A DNA stretch of 64,000 nucleotides from Setoptus koraiensis (Eukaryota; Animalia; Arthropoda). The DNA lies in assembly GCA_048013815.1 (NCBI GenBank), contig CM106585.1, positions 22,692,001 to 22,756,000 on the forward strand. Reading direction: 5' to 3'. Both the position numbers and the translations under genes were made by a program. Each line of letters starts with the position of its first letter. Positions within the stretch are counted from its first letter, which is position 1. A model generated the notes under the pieces. It was not told the DNA's origin, did not search any database, and saw only the letters and a list, made by a program, of their open reading frames with translations. Shown one piece after another: positions 48,101 through 60,098 of the stretch.

Positions 48101-51100
48101 AGAATCGGTCTGCTGACAGCCGATGCGGCCGCTCAAATCATTTGAGTCAAATGACAGCGATATCCACGCCACATAATCCAGCGCATATGCACACCCATCA
48201 GTGATGGGCCATCACTGATATCATCACACACACACACACACACACACACACAAGATACGTCAGATAAGATACGTCAGATGAGATATGTCAGGGGCGCAAG
48301 TGGCTCTTTCATGCAAACTTTTATCCACTTTTGCATCAACATTGCCTTTCATATCATATGAAATTCATATCGTATGAATCATATGAGCAGAATGCGACCA
48401 TTGGCACTGTTATTGCATGGGCAACTCCAAGGCCAATCCGAAACGTCGCAAGTTCAATTGCACATTGCGTTACAAGTGAAATGTTTTGACTCAAAACAAA
48501 CAAAAATTAGACAAAAATGAGCAAGTTTGACGATCATTTATAGCTATTATAATAGCATAATCGCAACCAGCCGAAAAGATCATATCCCGATATTCGGCCT
48601 TGTTTGCCTGACCAGCGATCGAGCTATTCACTCGTGAATGCAACCACTCACCTAAACAACAAGCTGCTCTTAAATGCCATCTCTGCGCTGAGACACGAAC
48701 CCTATTGACGCAAACCCTATCAACTCAAACGATATTGATACAAACCGTGAACCAGGCCCGCTGCTCGGCTGACCGAGTATCGGCTGACCGAGTATCGGCT
48801 GTCTGGCGTGTCGGCCCCATGACCGTCACAGTGCGACAGTCAATGGGGCCTATCAACGGCTACCGACGATACATGACCGATCATTTGAGATTGTCTGAGA
48901 CACTTGTCTTAAATGATCTTTAAGTGGCCACTTGAATTGAATTGAGCGATAACTTTATTGCCGACTTTTGGGCCGGTATTTCAACCATCCAGTTATATAT
49001 TATAATTGTGGTATCGCAATAGTGCTATTAGTAATAGTGATGGCATTGTAGTTGGGCGCCGATAAAAAGAGCTACAGGTCAGGCCGTCTTTTTGTCGCTT
49101 GCTACGAGCTCGATAAAATGAGCCACTGGTGATTGGCGGTGAATGGGTGAATCGTTGTGGCGATTTGCGCATTTATGCCATGTCAGATGCCTCTTACTGT
49201 TCGCCGGCTTCGGTCGCCAGGAAGTGAAAGCTGTTCGTCGGGCATCTCGCACTTGCGCTAACGATCGACCAAATAAAACGTCGTCGAAATACGACCGCGC
49301 CACATTTAATGAAACCGACAATTTATTTTGCCAGAAGCGACACCAAAGCTCCGACGGCAAACCCGACCAACGATATCAAAAATATTACATATTGTATGTT
49401 GTTTATTGCGACGGTTGCCCTAATTGATGGCGCCCTAATTGATTCCCCCATGCGCGCCACAGCAGACACGACGACTCGCATCAAACGACGGATCGTGTCG
49501 CCGCATAGTGGCCATTCGAGGCACCAGGGGCCCCCTGCTGCAAGAGCCTTGCATGCACCGGTCGATGTACATCGAATAGCGTACGATCTGACGCTTGTTG
49601 CCCATATAAAGTGTCAGCAGTTATCATCGACAGATAACTGCTGACTGGCTACGCAGGCAGCTATGCTGTAACAGTTACATAGTTATATAACTTTACAGTG
49701 ATAGCAAGTGGCAAGTTACATAACTGTAAATATATAACTGTAAAGTGCGATGCGGCCGGCCTAATACTTGCCAGCCGCTATTGCTGTTGTGACAGCGCCA
49801 ACAGGTGATGCCACCCACCCGACGGGCCGACCGGGCCAAGCGCCGGCTGACACGCTAACGGTCGAGCGCTCAGCGCACCATTGGTGGCTATGTCACCCTG
49901 GGCACTATTTGTGTGTGGTTGTGTCAGTGTGTGTTTGTGTGTGTAGTTCACAATTAATTAACAGCTACATTGGCCAGTGTGTGTGTGTGGCTTGAATATT
50001 AATTAATCTCTTTTATTATTAATATTATTGATTTGACATTTTATTTGATTATTGTGCGACTCGCCTGGCTGGCCGGTTGGCCGATTGGCCGGCGAGCAAG
50101 CCAGCCAGGCGCACTGCTGTTCAGAGGTTGCCTTTTCAGAGATTTATCTTGAATGGTTTGTGCCAACGACGGGCCACAAACGGCCAAGACGATGTGTTAT
50201 TTCCCTATCTATCAGCTCAGTCACTGTCGCTCTCAAATTGGTCTATCGCTTGGGCCAATTTGAGCGAGATGATAGGGCAACTTTGATCAAATGTGAGCAC
50301 CGACTACCGGCCAGCGAGTGCCGACCGGCAGCCGATAACTGCAGCCAACATTGCGTAACGAGAGTGGCCACAATTAACCGTCGACCATGTTGGCGCGGAT
50401 AACATTTATTATTTATGCTTGTTATGGCGAGCATATGCGAATTCATCACCGAGTGAATATCAGGCCGGTATTTGCCTGATATTCACCCAGCGTTGGCCGT
50501 GTATCAATTGGCCGATGCGACGCCGCCGTCAGCCCGATGGCACCGGGTAACCTTTTGATTTGGCGCAGCGGCTCGCCAAACGCTAATCGTTATCATCGTC
50601 CGCACTCTCGATTCGAGACTCTCGATTGGCGAGCGACCGGCAGCGGCAATTGTGCGTTCACGCACAATTGCCGCTGTCCGTGCTGTGAGAGAGTGCGAAG
50701 AGTCAAGAATTGCGGATAATCTGGCCAGAGTCAATTTTCAATTCGCACCATTTCGCCAGCCGAGTCGCTTCTCGATTTGTTCGTCGGCAACTTTCGGTTG
50801 CCGACCAATTCGTTCGCAATCGCAACCGACAGGCTCGTTTCGTCTGGCCAACGAAGCCAAGTCGGCTGTGACCGGCGCCACTCGCAAAGTCAGCCTGTCA
50901 GCGATATTCTCAACTGTGTTGGCTCGACAAACAACAGGTGACAGGCGATCATGGAATGTGATCAAGTCAAGCGAACGCAATTCGTGCCGTCTGTTGTTTC
51001 TGCGGCTGCCGGCCAATCGCTGTTGCGCCACAAACAACAGACGCAACAGCGACTCACCATCTCGAGAATCTCGAGTCGAGATTTCTCGCGTCCACTCGAG

Positions 51101-53243
51101 AAATTCGAGCTCGCCAAGTCGATTCGCTGGCCAGACGCTGGCACGCATTGCTCATCAGCAGCATCGCTCGCTCGAGCTGTTCCTATTTGTCGTTTTGGCA
51201 GCCACAGAAGCCGTTTCGGGCCGCTGTTTGCGCGACTGGCGGCATCGGCAGCATCGGACTCTGGACTTTGGACAGCTCAACGAGTTGATTTCGCTCGCTG
51301 CCCGACGTCGCCGCTCTGGGGCTCGCCGGCCCGTCCGCTTGCTGGCCCGTCGGCCCGTCCGCTTGCCCACTCGTCGGCCGGCCCGTCGGCCAGGTGTCAC
51401 TTCGTCGGTGCTCGCAGGCCAGTTGGGCGGCCGGTCGGGTAGCCCGAAACGGCAGAGGTCGGTCGGGCGGCCAGAAACAGCGGAGGCCGCGCTGTTGCGA
51501 ACATGGCTGTTTCTAATCTCGTCCAGATCATCGCATGTTGCCCATTGTGAGCATGCATATTATGTAATCATCGGCGAGCCAGCCAGCCAGCAACAACAGT
51601 CAACAACAGTCAACAACAGTCAACAACAGGCAACAGCAGGCAACAACAGGCAACAACAAGGAAAAGAGTGACCAGTTCGGGCCGCCTGTTCATGTGTGAA
51701 TATCATCGTGCACACGAACGCATGCAATGACGCTCGGTCTGGGCATTTGCAGCCAGTGGCCGGCAGTGGCCGGCACTCGCTGTTACTCGGCGAGACTCGC
51801 TCATACGCGACAAGAGTGGACGAGACTCGCCAAGAGAGAAAGTGGCCACCACAATACCGCTATTCATCACTGTTGATTTGCCAATCTGATTGGTCAACGA
51901 GCGAGAAAACAACCTGTTGGCGTTGCCGTTGCGCAATATTGTGTAATGTTGCTTGTGTAATGTTGCGTAATGCCGTGTACCGTTGTGTAATGCTGTGTAA
52001 TGTTGCGCAATGTTGTGCGCAATCAGTGCGCAGCAATCGAGTCGTGTCTGCCAGCAACAACAGCAACAACGGCAACCACGTAATATCTAAATTTGCCAGA
52101 CCGTTATATTGAGCAATGGCTTGTAATGACACGCACATTGCGCAACAATGCATGTTGCGCAAGTGTGTGTGTGTGCGTTGTGCAATAGCGGAGTAATGAC
52201 CATGCAATCATTATTCAATCATGATACCGCGTGATATCACTGGCGAGCGATCTGTCGCTGTCGCTGGCTGTCGCTGGCGGGAGCCTCTTCTATCATGGAA
52301 CTTGTATCATAGAACGTCTATGGCGTGCTTGCGCATGCCTGGCACAAATTGTGTGATACACGATGCGCTTGTATTCACGCCATCCGACTTACGTAATAGT
52401 GACCCTATCGTCAGCACAATCTGTCTATCGCATTATCGTGAGCCTTCGCAACGTCGACAACGTGCTCACCTGTGCTCACCTGTCTAATATTTGTGTGCGT
52501 TGTCCGGCAGTGGCGCTACCGAACAGGTTGCCGCTGAGCAAGTTGGGCGCACTTGACAAGTTCAATTTGGCCGGCATTGTTTGGCCAGTTGTCGTGGCAA
52601 CGATATCCCCGCTTGCCGCAATCACATTCAACTGATATCTTTGCATCTCTTTATCTGCCCAAGAGCGCGACTCGCTATCTATTATTAATATTAGATATAC
52701 GCTCTCACTATCTGTTAGAGCGTATATCTAATATTAATCAACTGTTGCCGGTGTGAATGAACCGCTAATGTCTCGCTGGCCGCAATTGAAGCGCCAACTA
52801 CTCACCTTTGTCATACGCACCACTAATGTGTTATAATAGATAAGTTTGCCTAGACACACACGCACACAACAAAACAAACAGTTTGGCCCGATTCGGGCCC
52901 GCTCTGTCGGCCAACCCGACAAACGCAAGCACAATCTAATCTCATCTGAACCGCCGATCTGGCCACCGATCTGGCCAGCGGCCGGCGACCAGCAACTTGA
53001 AAGCTTGTCGCTGACCGGCATCTTATTATATAATTACGCTATATCTCATTATGAGATATCATACTCTCACATAATGCTTATAGGCTCGAGATTATCGCTG
53101 CTCATCGCGATCGTCTTCTCTTGTGATGATATCGCAAATTGTGATTCACAATGCGCATTCACATCCAATTGCTCGTCTCGTCGCTGGCCCAGGTGATATC
53201 GGTCAGCGAGCCGCCAGATTCACACACCGGCAACTCGTGTCGC

Positions 53244-53383
53244 CGTTATTCACCTGTGAATAACGCTGCTCACCTGTGAATAACGCTACTCACATACGCT
53301 TATACGAATGACTCACATGTGAGTCATTCACGAGTGAATAACGGCCTGTATTCACATGCGAATGACGCATGTGAATACAGGCC
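53244..53383. repeat. Cluster of perfect inverted repeats
   Basis: 10-bp arms with 2-nt loop (53244-53265); 24-bp perfect palindrome (53306-53329); 18-bp arms with 5-nt loop (53343-53383). Confidence 0.92.
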
Positions 53384-54719
53384 AATCAGGCGCCGCTGGG
53401 AGCCTCGCACTCGATTGAAGTCACTCAACGGCCGATTGGCCCCCTCAAGCGGCCAAGGCTGCTCTGCGTCGAGCGCCGGCCGCCACCAGGTGAACAAGTG
53501 GTGCCAACACTCACATTAGGTTCACATTAGATGCAAGCGCTCATTTCCTGGACACTGCCGATCGGTCGGCGATCACGAATTGCAGAAACGCAATGCGTCC
53601 AGCAGCGACCACAAACCATCGAAGAACAGATTCACAATGCAGAAAATAAAACTTTACCTTGCTGTGTGATCTATTTCCATTTGATCTGACAATTGTGAGT
53701 TGTGTTGGTCAGTTGCCCGCAGATCAGATGACAGTTGGTGGCATGGAAGCTGCCTTTCGAAAATCGAAGCCGCCTTGCATCGTGTGGCCGCCACTGACAG
53801 CCATACCTGGTGTTACATCACTCATGTTACATCACTGATGTAGTGCAGTAGGCACTATATGTATCGCATCGAAGCAGCTAGATCCTGCTGACACAAGTCC
53901 CGTCAGAAGCTGGCAGCATGTCCACTGGCACAGCATACCGGTAAATGGATTGGTTGTGGTCAGTGTCTGGCTGTCAGTGTGTGCCGGCTACCAGCGGCCA
54001 GACCAAGCCGGCATTGATTGAATTGGTCAGAAGCGGCGACTGTTCCTGAAAAATCGGTTGCCACCTACATATCGATATCCTTGTGATCGATGGCCGATGC
54101 TTTTGTTCTCATTGCGGCCAGTTTTGTTTTTGCTCATCTTGCTGTGCCAATTCACCTGTGCCGCCGCCGCCGCCGCTGCTGCCGATTGCGTAATGTCCAT
54201 TAGACATTACGCAATCGCTAGTGACCATCAATAGTTTAGATTCACTAAGCTAGTGACCACTCACCGTAGGGGAACATTACGCCAACAGCTTGAGAACAGC
54301 GGCCACTAATCACGCCGGGCATCACAAACGCTCACCACAGCGGAGACAAGATCAAATCAGACGAGTTACCGCATGAGTTTGGCCACAATTGTTTCGCCAG
54401 TTTGCTGCTGGCGATCTGGACCGATCAGTTTGTGCCAATTGGTTAGTTGGCCGAACTGACCAACTGAAGCGCCAACTGACCAATCGATGGCAACAATGAC
54501 GCTTGCAAACAATGCAAAGCTGTTGCTGGCTCGATGCGTGATGTAATTGATTTTGTCGTCGCTCTTGCATAGTGTTACCTCTACCTGATTGCATCTGAGA
54601 TTGCTCTGATATCGGGCCGATATTACTCTGACATTTACCCCTGAACGGGCCTGAACTGCTGGCGATATTCACAATATTCGAGGCGCGATGTTTATGCGAT
54701 ATTCACGCGACATTCAACA

Positions 54720-54780
54720 GTATCCGCGCGATATTCACCTGTATCCGCGCGATATTCACCTGTATCCGCGCGATATTCAC
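54720..54780. repeat. Tandem repeat, 21-nt unit GTATCCGCGCGATATTCACCT x ~3
   Basis: Units start at 54720, 54741 and 54762. Confidence 0.93.
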
Positions 54781-57700
54781 GCATGAATCGGCTTGATGAC
54801 GTGAAACTAGAGACCGACCAGATCGACTAACCGGCGTCATCGACACATGCCACTCGTATCACCATAGCATACGAACAGGTTATTGGCCGATAGCGGTCAC
54901 CCTGTCGTCGCAAGCTCATCGATTGCGCCATCATTGTCGACTGGCCAATTGGATGGCCAAATGACCACTCGACAATGACATTGGCCAATGCTGGGCAAGC
55001 TAACATTGTGAGCAATAACCGTGCAATGAACACGATAGTAATAATAATAATAATAATAATAACGCATGTATAATAAGTGTTACGTAACAGCCACCATTAT
55101 AATTAGATAATTTCAACGACTACAATTGATTCTGGTTGTGCTAGCTCTGACTAACTCTCACACAAACAACTATCACTGGTCGCATTCGCCGCTGCTGTCG
55201 CTTCAGTAGTCAGTGGACAAGATGAATGGAGGGCTGAAATTGTTAACACGAAATGGTTTGGCATTTTGGCTCGAAGCCAGCAGAGCAAAGTAATGACAGA
55301 CTCGAGATATTCACGATTACGTGAATAACTCAAGTCGCTTGGGCCAGACCAGTTGGTGTGGCAGGGCCAGCCTGAATTATTCACGCAGCGCAACAATTGC
55401 CACCAGCACCACTACTACTGCACCATTAACAACATAATGATTTAGTAATGTTGCTGACCAATGTTACGTAATGTTGCCACTGCTACGCGACCATATTCAT
55501 GACTAAACTCTCTGGCATCGCGTCGACATAACATAACGTAACATAACGCAACATAAAGTTACATAACATTGCCATTGACACAGCCTTGTCCAATGTAATA
55601 TTGCTGACTGAACTGCACTGGCAACCGTTGACCAACGGCTGACCGATCAGATCTCAAATCTGAGATCTGTTGGCAGCAGATCGGCCCGCATGTCAGCGGC
55701 GGCGATGGTGGCGCCACGCATTTACAATCAATTATCTATCTATCTTGATCTGTCTAGACCTATCTGGATCTATCTTGATCTATCTAGATCTGTCTTGATC
55801 AATGTTGAGCCGTCTGATCGGCCGGCTCAACATTGAGCCAGCGATGTTGCCGATGACCTCTGTCCATTGATCATTGACAGTTGCTGTTTGCAGATTGATC
55901 TCCAATTCAAGATCGATTGCAGCATTTACATTAACTGTTGCTGTTGCATCATCTTCTGCCGATGTCGCAATCACACGATGTGTCAAAATAGTGACAACAC
56001 GTGACATACGCACGTACACTCACTATATCGGGCAAAATCACCAGACCGGACCAACTCAATGGATCATTGTTAATTGGTCAGCTGAAATCCGATTGCTCCA
56101 TCTCGCTCGGTCCATTGTAGCTGCCTATAGCTGCAGACGGCTCCGATTGTGTCAGCGACGGCATTGTGTCATCGATGAAGTTAGCGAACGGCATTGTGTC
56201 AGCGACAGATTGTCACAATGCTGCTGGTTGCAAGTTGTACACAAAAGTAAACTATCACGGTATGCAAATGACCAAATACCAAATGGCAGTGCGACCACCG
56301 TCGGACGACCATACATTAATCTGGCCAGACTCCATTAAAAGAATGGCCGATCTGGTGGCCGACTGACGCCGACCTTATGACAGCGAGTATAGTCGTATAT
56401 GTTGATGGAGTCAATTATTCACCACAATAATATAATACCATTAAACCAAAACATCATTCAATCAGTCAACGAACCAATCAATTGAATCAATGAAATCAAT
56501 GATAATTATCATTAGTTATTATTGCATCATTGTACGTAATTCATTCATGCATGCACTGCGGCCACTGTCATCACGATCATATCAACACCTACACACAATA
56601 GTCACAACAGTGTTATTGCGTCATCGAAGCCAAGCTGATGATCAAATGATTCTGCCTTTACATACATACATACATGCCCACTGTTGCCCCTCAACCATTA
56701 ACCATTAACCATTGATTGTTGATCGTTGACCAGTGACCAGTGACCAGCGGCCAGTGTCAATGATGATGATTTTTGATTATCATCGACTGTCCGATGAGCG
56801 GCGATAATAGTATCTATTGTTAGTGACTGTTGCATGGTGAGTGATCATGCGAGCATCGTGTCAAGCTCGCCGATCATTTCGAGCCCATAGATACCGATGA
56901 GATGGACAAAAAAGAAGTGGCCACGGCAAGAGACAAAAACACTGTAAACTTGTGCGCTTGTATATTCACTCATGAATCTCATGGCAACAACAAAAGCATT
57001 TTCGCCCTCATATAACTTATATGATATAAGTATATCCATTCATCAGCAGCATTAGCTTGCTACAACTTGCATCAACAGCAACCACCAACACAACTATCAA
57101 CAGTTGTGTAAACAGGTAGTACAGGTAACCTGCCTACCTGTGCGCTATTGTTGCAATAGAAGTGGAATTGAGTTAAAATTAAAACTATTGCTGTTGTTGT
57201 TGTTGTTTTGGCATTGAACGTGATTGTGTCTGTGTGTCTCATCAGCGACCATGTTTATTCATAAGCCATAAGTCATGTTATGTGTCTATTAGCAGCAACA
57301 CACAACAGATAATCCAACAATCTTAGTAAGTAGAGGCAGGCTCATGATATGAGAGTTATATCATAAAGTTACATAAGGTTGTGGCTAACAAAGGTACAAG
57401 CAATTATTGCGCAATGGCTGGTGTTGATCAGAGCAAATCAAATCTATTTCATCTAGATCATTCATTGTGATTATTGTACAAGCGTCGACCATTAACTAAC
57501 ATGACGACACTAATATCAGCATGTGTTTGTGTCAAATATTATATGCATGTATATATATTATGTAATATATATAATAATATCGTGTGTCCCGCTGATCGAT
57601 GCCATCTCTCTAGATTTTCGCTCTCTTACATCATCTTATCATTTATTAGTGTGTTGGTCGGTCTCACAAGTCAGTGTTTGTTTGTTTGCTTGGTAACAGG

Positions 57701-59100
57701 ATAAACGGTGACCTCTGATAGAGTTTATCTGGTCGCTCTGGTTGCGCTCAGCCAAACAATCCTAGATCACATATCTAGATATTCATCAGTGAATAGGATT
57801 ATGGCCTGGGCAGCAAGCGATTCACCTTTGCTTTATTGCTCGCTGCTGCCGCCGCTGATTTAGGGCACCTCGAAACTGCAGAGTTTCGAGTGGAAACTAT
57901 AGAGTTTCGAGTCGAAACTGCCTGGCTGGCGCTGCCAACTGCGATGATGCAGCTAATATAAATATACAAACGACAAGATGCTTAATTTGGCCATTGATCT
58001 GTATCAGAGAGGCAGCTATAGCTGGATTAGCAACGGTAATAACATGATCCAATCGATTCGCCCATCGCCGATTATTCCGTTGGCGTTCCATTGGCGTTTC
58101 AACTGCGCTCTAAAGGCGCTCTAAAGGCGATCGAGGATCAGATAAATAGTTTGCCAGTGTCGTGTTCAATGTCATATCAGTGGATGAAGCGGTCAGTTTC
58201 GGTTTCGTTGGGCCCGCTGTTGTTGTCGGTGCTGTTGGCGGGATTATCCGCGCAATGAAATTACCATTAATACATTCACTCGCTAAGCTGGCACCGTAAG
58301 GGTTGCTGTTGGCAGTAAAACCAACAGTAAATCTAACTGCAAATCTAGCTGTAAAAGTGGCCACAAGAAGGAGGAAAGTCGATTATGTCGTTTCGTGTGT
58401 CTTTTACCAAGGCACGGCTCGCTGCTTGTGGCTGCATTGCGATGTTTCGTTTCGATGTTTCGTTTCGTTTCTTTCCCATCTGATCCGTCTCCAAGACCGT
58501 GTTTCCAAGAGTGTGTGTGTGTGTGTGTGTGAATTTTTCACTTTGCACCTTTGCTGTCGAAATGGTGCAGTCGTTTATGGTCTAGTTGTGGCCGTTGCAA
58601 CTGTCGCCCTCTCTGGCCGGCTCGCAACGGTTAGTTTGCGAGCTTCGGCCAGCTCGAACCGAGATACAACATTATCGCTCACATTGTCGTACGGTCGAGA
58701 GGATGCTCTCTCGCTCTCTCTGTTGGAGCCACCGAAATTTCGACGAAATGTTTGCGACTGCTTTCGCCGTCGTCGCCGTTGCGCAAGGCGAAAGAGTTGT
58801 CTCACTGTATCTTATGATCATTATGTTAAATCACAGGACAGGTGATAAGTTAGCTGGTTTGGTGCACAAGATGAATGGTTATTTTATTCACTTTCCTATG
58901 GTGCATTGCGTTATTGTGGTCCGTTATTATAACTCACTTGATTTGCGCTTTTTGCATATTCAATTCGTTGCTATCAATTGTTTTGCGGCCGCTGTCGCGC
59001 ACTATTAACATTAGCCGCTCCAAGGCGGCAACTGGTGCCGCTAACGACATCTCGTCAATATATTTGCGTCTCATGCCGGCAATTGCATCCATTATTCATT

Positions 59101-59163
59101 CGCAAATTCGAAAATTCGCAAATTCGCAAATTCGCAAATTCGCAAATTCACAAATTCACAAAT
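59101..59163. repeat. Tandem repeat, 8-nt unit CGCAAATT x8 (degenerate)
   Basis: Read directly; variants are CGAAAATT and CACAAATT. Confidence 0.92.
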
Positions 59164-60098
59164 GAACCCAATGGCACCGCAACTGCCACTGCCGGTGCCG
59201 GGCTAGCGAAATTTGCCTGGCATTCACAAGTAAATTGAAATGTTCAGGCTTGAGTGCACACATATTTAGTGAGTTTATGGATTGATAAATTGGATATATG
59301 GATAAATGGATGAATGTATGAATACTATCCCTGTCAGTGGCGACTAATGACGGTAATAGTTTAGCTGCAGTTAACTGTTTCCCGCCGTTAATCACCTGAT
59401 TATCCGCTTCTGTTGCTGTGGTAGTTTGTGTCTGTTGTTGTTGCTGTTGATAATTTGTTTGTAAGTTGAGTGTGGTGCGTTAATGTGAATAAAACTCTCA
59501 TTAATAATATTATCGCAGATAATATTTTCAATTCAAATAATTGCCTTCATTCTTCTCAAAATGCTGCTGAACGACGACACACACACACACAAATCACTTG
59601 GCAGGAAAGCAGGGCTTCGAAAGGCAACGAAAGCAAAGAATAATAATCTCTAGTTTGACCGAATCGCACTTAATCAACTTAGGCCAACGGTGATTCTGTC
59701 TGTCTGGGCCAGTTCATACGACACGAGACGCGCTGTTGTTGTTATATCATTTGTTGTTATATAACAACTTGTTTGTTTATTCGCTCGCTTGCCAACTCAC
59801 TCTATCTTAGATGGCAGCCGGATTACGTGTTATATTATGACAGCCAATTTAAAGGCAAAGTGAATGAAAACGTTCCATTCACGTAACGTTACGTTCATGT
59901 GACAGCCACCAAACAGTCTGTTTAGAGCCCAATACACAACATAGCGATCACGTATTAAACGATCTGTTTGTTTGCGTTTATGATTATCTAACAACTTGAA
60001 CTTTGCCTCGCTAACACAATACAATACACTAATGCAACAACACGACCACTAATACAAACTTTTCAATATTTTTCAAACTAATCTCTTGCAACTGTTAG

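Larger units (their letters stand above)
29322..57415. promoter_or_regulatory. Dispersed array of PAR-bZIP/NFIL3 and C/EBP-type sites (RTTRYGYAAY/RTTAYRTAAY)
   Basis: At least 30 matches counted by eye, e.g. GTTACGTAAC 31503, 38669, 42037, 55079; ATTACGTAAT 39721, 40331, 47320; GTTACATAAC 36183, 36201, 49715, 55558; ATTGCGCAAT 29322, 57406. The sequence matches are certain; function is inferred. Confidence 0.55.
28926..60098 (+). other. 31,173-nt GT-AG intron splitting TM2 of the two-TM gene
   Basis: Donor GTAAGT at 28926; branch-like CTAAT at ~60078; T-rich tract and TAG at 60096-60098. Phases match (G+GC=Gly), giving the continuous hydrophobic helix YISLALLLVGVGLVLVSISGIAW. Confidence 0.8.

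Noticed and set aside
29000-60000. Dozens of 60-340-aa ORFs in the giant intron (e.g. 34889-35683, 36831-37646, 50652-51671)
   Set aside because: They overlap on both strands, are R/A/S/C-rich or homopolymeric from microsatellites, often use non-ATG starts and show no domain motifs; expected in GC-richer repetitive DNA.
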